Of a stretch of DNA of 64,000 bases, positions 61,524 to 64,000 are shown piece after piece. The notes under the pieces are model-generated. The model saw nothing but the letters and a program-made list of their open reading frames with translations. It was not told the DNA's origin and searched no databases. The DNA comes from Acidimicrobiia bacterium (GTDB lineage Bacteria > Actinomycetota > Acidimicrobiia > Spongiisociales > Spongiisociaceae), in the NCBI GenBank assembly GCA_003229305.1, contig QIDH01000055.1, positions 3,240 through 67,239 on the forward strand, read 5' to 3'. Numbering within the stretch: the stretch's first letter is position 1; the number at the start of each line of letters is the position of its first letter. The position numbers and the translations under genes are program-made.

Positions 61524-62375
61524 ATGGCGGCGAAAGTACTTGATGGCAAGGTGGTGGCGGCGGCGGTTCTCGACGAGACTCGGGAGCGGGTGGAGGCCCT
61601 TGATCAACGGGGGATAGTTCCGGCCCTGGCCACTGTGCTAGTCGGTGCTGACCCGGCATCGCAGAGCTACGTCGGTTCGAAGCGGCGACGGGCCGGTGAG
61701 GTGGGTATCCGCTCTGTGCATCAGGAAATAGGTGCAGACGCTTCGCAGGATCAGGTCCACGACACCCTGCATCGGCTGAACCGCGATCCAGAGATCGACG
61801 GAATCCTGCTCCAGCTTCCGCTGCCCGAAGGGCTGGATGGTGAGCGGGCGACTCTCGAGATCGATCCCGCCAAGGACGTGGATGGGCTTCATCCGACCAA
61901 CCTGGGGCTGATCGTGCTCGACCGGCCAGGACTGGTACCAAACACACCGGCCGGCTGCCTACGAATTTTGGACTACTACGACATCCCGATTCGAGGTGCC
62001 AACGTTGTGGTGGTCGGGCGATCGTTTCTGGTCGGTAGACCTCTCGCTCTGCTTCTGGCCGCCAGGGGAGCGGACGCCACGGTCACCATTACTCATTCTC
62101 GGACCAAGGACCTCGCTGGGATTGCTCGCCGAGCCGATATCGTGGTAGCTGCGATAGGGCGGCCCGGCATGATCACACCAGAGTTCATCCGACCGGGCGC
62201 CACTGTGATCGACGTGGGGATCAATCGGGTGGACGGCAAACTGGTTGGCGACGTCGATCACGACTCGGTTTCGGAAATAGCCGGAGCTATCACCCCCGTC
62301 CCAGGCGGGGTTGGACCGATGACCGTCGCCATGCTGATGCGCAACACCGCCATCGCTGCCGAAATGCGCCACTGA
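61524..62375 (+). CDS. folD: Bifunctional methylenetetrahydrofolate dehydrogenase (NADP+)/methenyl-THF cyclohydrolase
   Basis: SQSYVGSKRR (active-site Lys region), ILLQLPLP, VVGRSFLVGRP, TPVPGGVGPMT. Confidence 0.95.
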   Translation: MAAKVLDGKVVAAAVLDETRERVEALDQRGIVPALATVLVGADPASQSYVGSKRRRAGEVGIRSVHQEIGADASQDQVHDTLHRLNRDPEIDGILLQLPLPEGLDGERATLEIDPAKDVDGLHPTNLGLIVLDRPGLVPNTPAGCLRILDYYDIPIRGANVVVVGRSFLVGRPLALLLAARGADATVTITHSRTKDLAGIARRADIVVAAIGRPGMITPEFIRPGATVIDVGINRVDGKLVGDVDHDSVSEIAGAITPVPGGVGPMTVAMLMRNTAIAAEMRH

Positions 62376-62587
62376 GTTCCCGTCACCTGTTCCTTGCCTG
62401 CCGGGACAAAGGGTGGAGCAAGTGTCCTGTCCGTCTGATCAAGTCGTGAATTCAGCAGGTTTGACAGCGGCTCGCTGCATTCTGCATCCTCGACGTCGGG
62501 GTATTGCTATTCATCGACGCTCAACTATTTCTGTGTCAAAGGTCTAGAGGCCCTATGCGCTGTCCTGGTCGCGGGTGTTGACTATCT

Positions 62588-63163
62588 GTGATTCGACGAA
62601 GGGGGATCATCGTGCGTCGAACAGGACGCAAACTCTTGGGTGTAGCTGTTGCTTTCGCTATGGCAATCGGAGCGCCCGCTAGCGCCGCCATGTCTTCAGG
62701 AGACCTCGCCACTGAGGCGCCGGAGCCGATGGAGGTCACGTTCAACGCTGTCCGGATCGCCAATGTGGACGACTCTGATCTGCCGGTGTCGCTGCGGCCC
62801 GCCTCGGTGGAGGTGATACCGGGTCGTGTCGAATTGCTTGACAGCAAAGATGCTGACCACGTAGCGGCCGCTGCGACGTCATATGGCTACACTTTCGGCC
62901 GCAAAGTCAAGAACGGGTTTGGCACGACGCTGTACATCGTCTACGAACGGATCGAGTGGACTGGGACGACAATCAATACCCACTCATGCTGGGGCAAATC
63001 TGGCCTGGCCACCTATAGAAGCTGCAGCAAGTGGACCGGTTCTTCAACATTTGGAGCAAGCTGGATCTTCTCGGTTGGGCCCTGGGGTTGGCCACAATAT
63101 GACCCATGGACGAGCGGTCGCGTGTATAGCAACGGCGCGATCACGATCACGTTCACGTACTAG
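62588..63163 (+). CDS. Secreted hypothetical protein (191 aa), Trp/Gly/Thr-rich C-terminal half
   Basis: Signal-like N-terminus (RKLLGVAVAFAMAIGAPASAA). No recognisable family. Sits in a stretch that looks lower in GC. Confidence 0.5.
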   Translation: MIRRRGIIVRRTGRKLLGVAVAFAMAIGAPASAAMSSGDLATEAPEPMEVTFNAVRIANVDDSDLPVSLRPASVEVIPGRVELLDSKDADHVAAAATSYGYTFGRKVKNGFGTTLYIVYERIEWTGTTINTHSCWGKSGLATYRSCSKWTGSSTFGASWIFSVGPWGWPQYDPWTSGRVYSNGAITITFTY

Positions 63164-63166
63164 ATC

Positions 63167-63430
63167 GTGTTTGAGGATTTGAGACACGCCACGGACAAGG
63201 CGCTGCTTGCTCGCTTCAGCGTGGCCCGGAGCTTGCGTCTCATTGAGTGGGGCCTCTTCGGACTGGCGATTGTGTCGGTATCACTTTGGCCGGTGCCAGC
63301 GGTAGTTATTCTCGCCGTCGCCTGGATGATCGTCCTGGCACATCGGATCGACGGGGACCGGGTGCTCGCTGCAATGCTGTTGAGCCTTGCGTTCGCCGCG
63401 CTATACATCTTCGTATTGACGCCCGTATGA
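63167..63430 (+). CDS. Small two/three-TM membrane protein, hypothetical
   Basis: The GTG start is 3 nt after the preceding stop. Hydrophobic helices follow (LFGLAIVSVSLWPVPAVVILAVAWMIVLA...). Confidence 0.4.
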   Translation: MFEDLRHATDKALLARFSVARSLRLIEWGLFGLAIVSVSLWPVPAVVILAVAWMIVLAHRIDGDRVLAAMLLSLAFAALYIFVLTPV

Positions 63431-63708
63431 GCCGAGGGCCCCGGAGGATGGTGGAGTTGGCACTCCCTGATTCTCCGGACCCCGGCCCCGTGTCCGGCAC
63501 GATCCGGTCTCGACAGATCAGCCAGCTTCGCGGGGCCACAGCCAATCGAGTCAGGAGGTGTTTCGTGTGGAGGCGATTCAGGCTGTTTTGAGACATTGAG
63601 GAAACGCGTAGGAATAGGCTATATGTTCTGATCGCTGCGGCCGTCGCCGTTCCGCAAGCGAATCGCCCTGCAACGCGATGCAGCTCGAACAGTTGTTGCC
63701 TTCGGCCT

Positions 63709-63770
63709 AACTCGGGGCGCTTGTAGTCGCTGTAGCGACGACAGGAACCCAGGGTTGTACCCTGGATTCT
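63709..63770 (-). repeat. Double-hairpin intergenic repeat, copy D (reverse orientation)
   Basis: AACTCGGGGCGCTTGTAGTCGCTGTAGCGACGACAGGAACCCAGGGTTGTACCCTGGATTCT aligns with copy B. It abuts the stop codon of the minus-strand gene at 63770. Confidence 0.85.
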
Positions 63771-64000
63771 TAGGCCGGGCGGCCGCCTTCCAACTCGTCC
63801 TGGAGGACTTGCAGTTCGCTCCATTTCTCATCGGCCGCCAGCCTGGCCTGTTGTGGCCAGGTTCCAGGGTCGTGCGCCCGGAAGGGCTCTCCGCCGGCCA
63901 TCAAGAGTTCCTTGATGCGGTCTGGCTGAGTCTCGGCGAGTTCAGTGAAGGTGTAGATGCCACCCATGTTGAGCAGCTCGGCGATCTTTGGGCCTACACC
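63770..64000 (-). CDS. C-terminal fragment of a helix-hairpin-helix domain protein (gene continues beyond window)
   Basis: The reading frame is open to the window end: ...GPKIAELLNMGGIYTFTELAETQPDRIKELL...PGTWPQQARLAADEKW. This is an HhH-type motif followed by a conserved-looking tail. Confidence 0.5.
   Translation of the reverse strand, partial: GVGPKIAELLNMGGIYTFTELAETQPDRIKELLMAGGEPFRAHDPGTWPQQARLAADEKWSELQVLQDELEGGRPA

Overview
High-GC (about 60-65% by eye) chromosomal segment. It is most likely from an actinobacterium, possibly Acidimicrobiia-like. The lineage markers are a Bpa-type proteasome activator ending in GTYL, GuaB3, a HisN-type IMPase, a long-form transaldolase and high-GC shadow ORFs. 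Gene density is high, and most content is core metabolism:
- the soxBDAG heterotetrameric sarcosine oxidase operon
- cimA, hisN, trpS, guaB3-guaA, pcrA/uvrD, tal, sucCD, folD, infA and engB

Accessory content includes:
- two vapBC-like toxin-antitoxin pairs
- a 2047-aa alpha-2-macroglobulin-like lipoprotein without a thioester motif
- a lysyl-oxidase-like copper amine oxidase
- a BNR/Asp-box propeller protein
- a CheA-CheY hybrid signalling cluster
- MFS transporters
- an ECF sigma factor

The features I consider most worth follow-up are:
1. A 353-aa intein splits helicase motif III of PcrA/UvrD. Its central domain looks GIY-YIG-like rather than LAGLIDADG.
2. There are two apparent ribosome-mediated attenuators. 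One is an Ile/Val-rich leader peptide with a promoter and terminator in front of cimA. The other is a tandem-Trp leader with a terminator in front of trpS.
3. A family of about 62-nt double-hairpin repeats has four copies, each directly 3' of a gene. Two copies lie in inverted orientation around a degenerate MDR dehydrogenase gene.
4. The 350-nt cimA-hisN spacer is densely structured and may encode an antisense-oriented sRNA.
5. A glycoside-hydrolase pseudogene is decayed by several lesions, and yceI carries a frameshift.

I found no rRNA, tRNA, CRISPR array, transposase or prophage genes. All domain calls come from motif recognition by eye, since no searches could be run.
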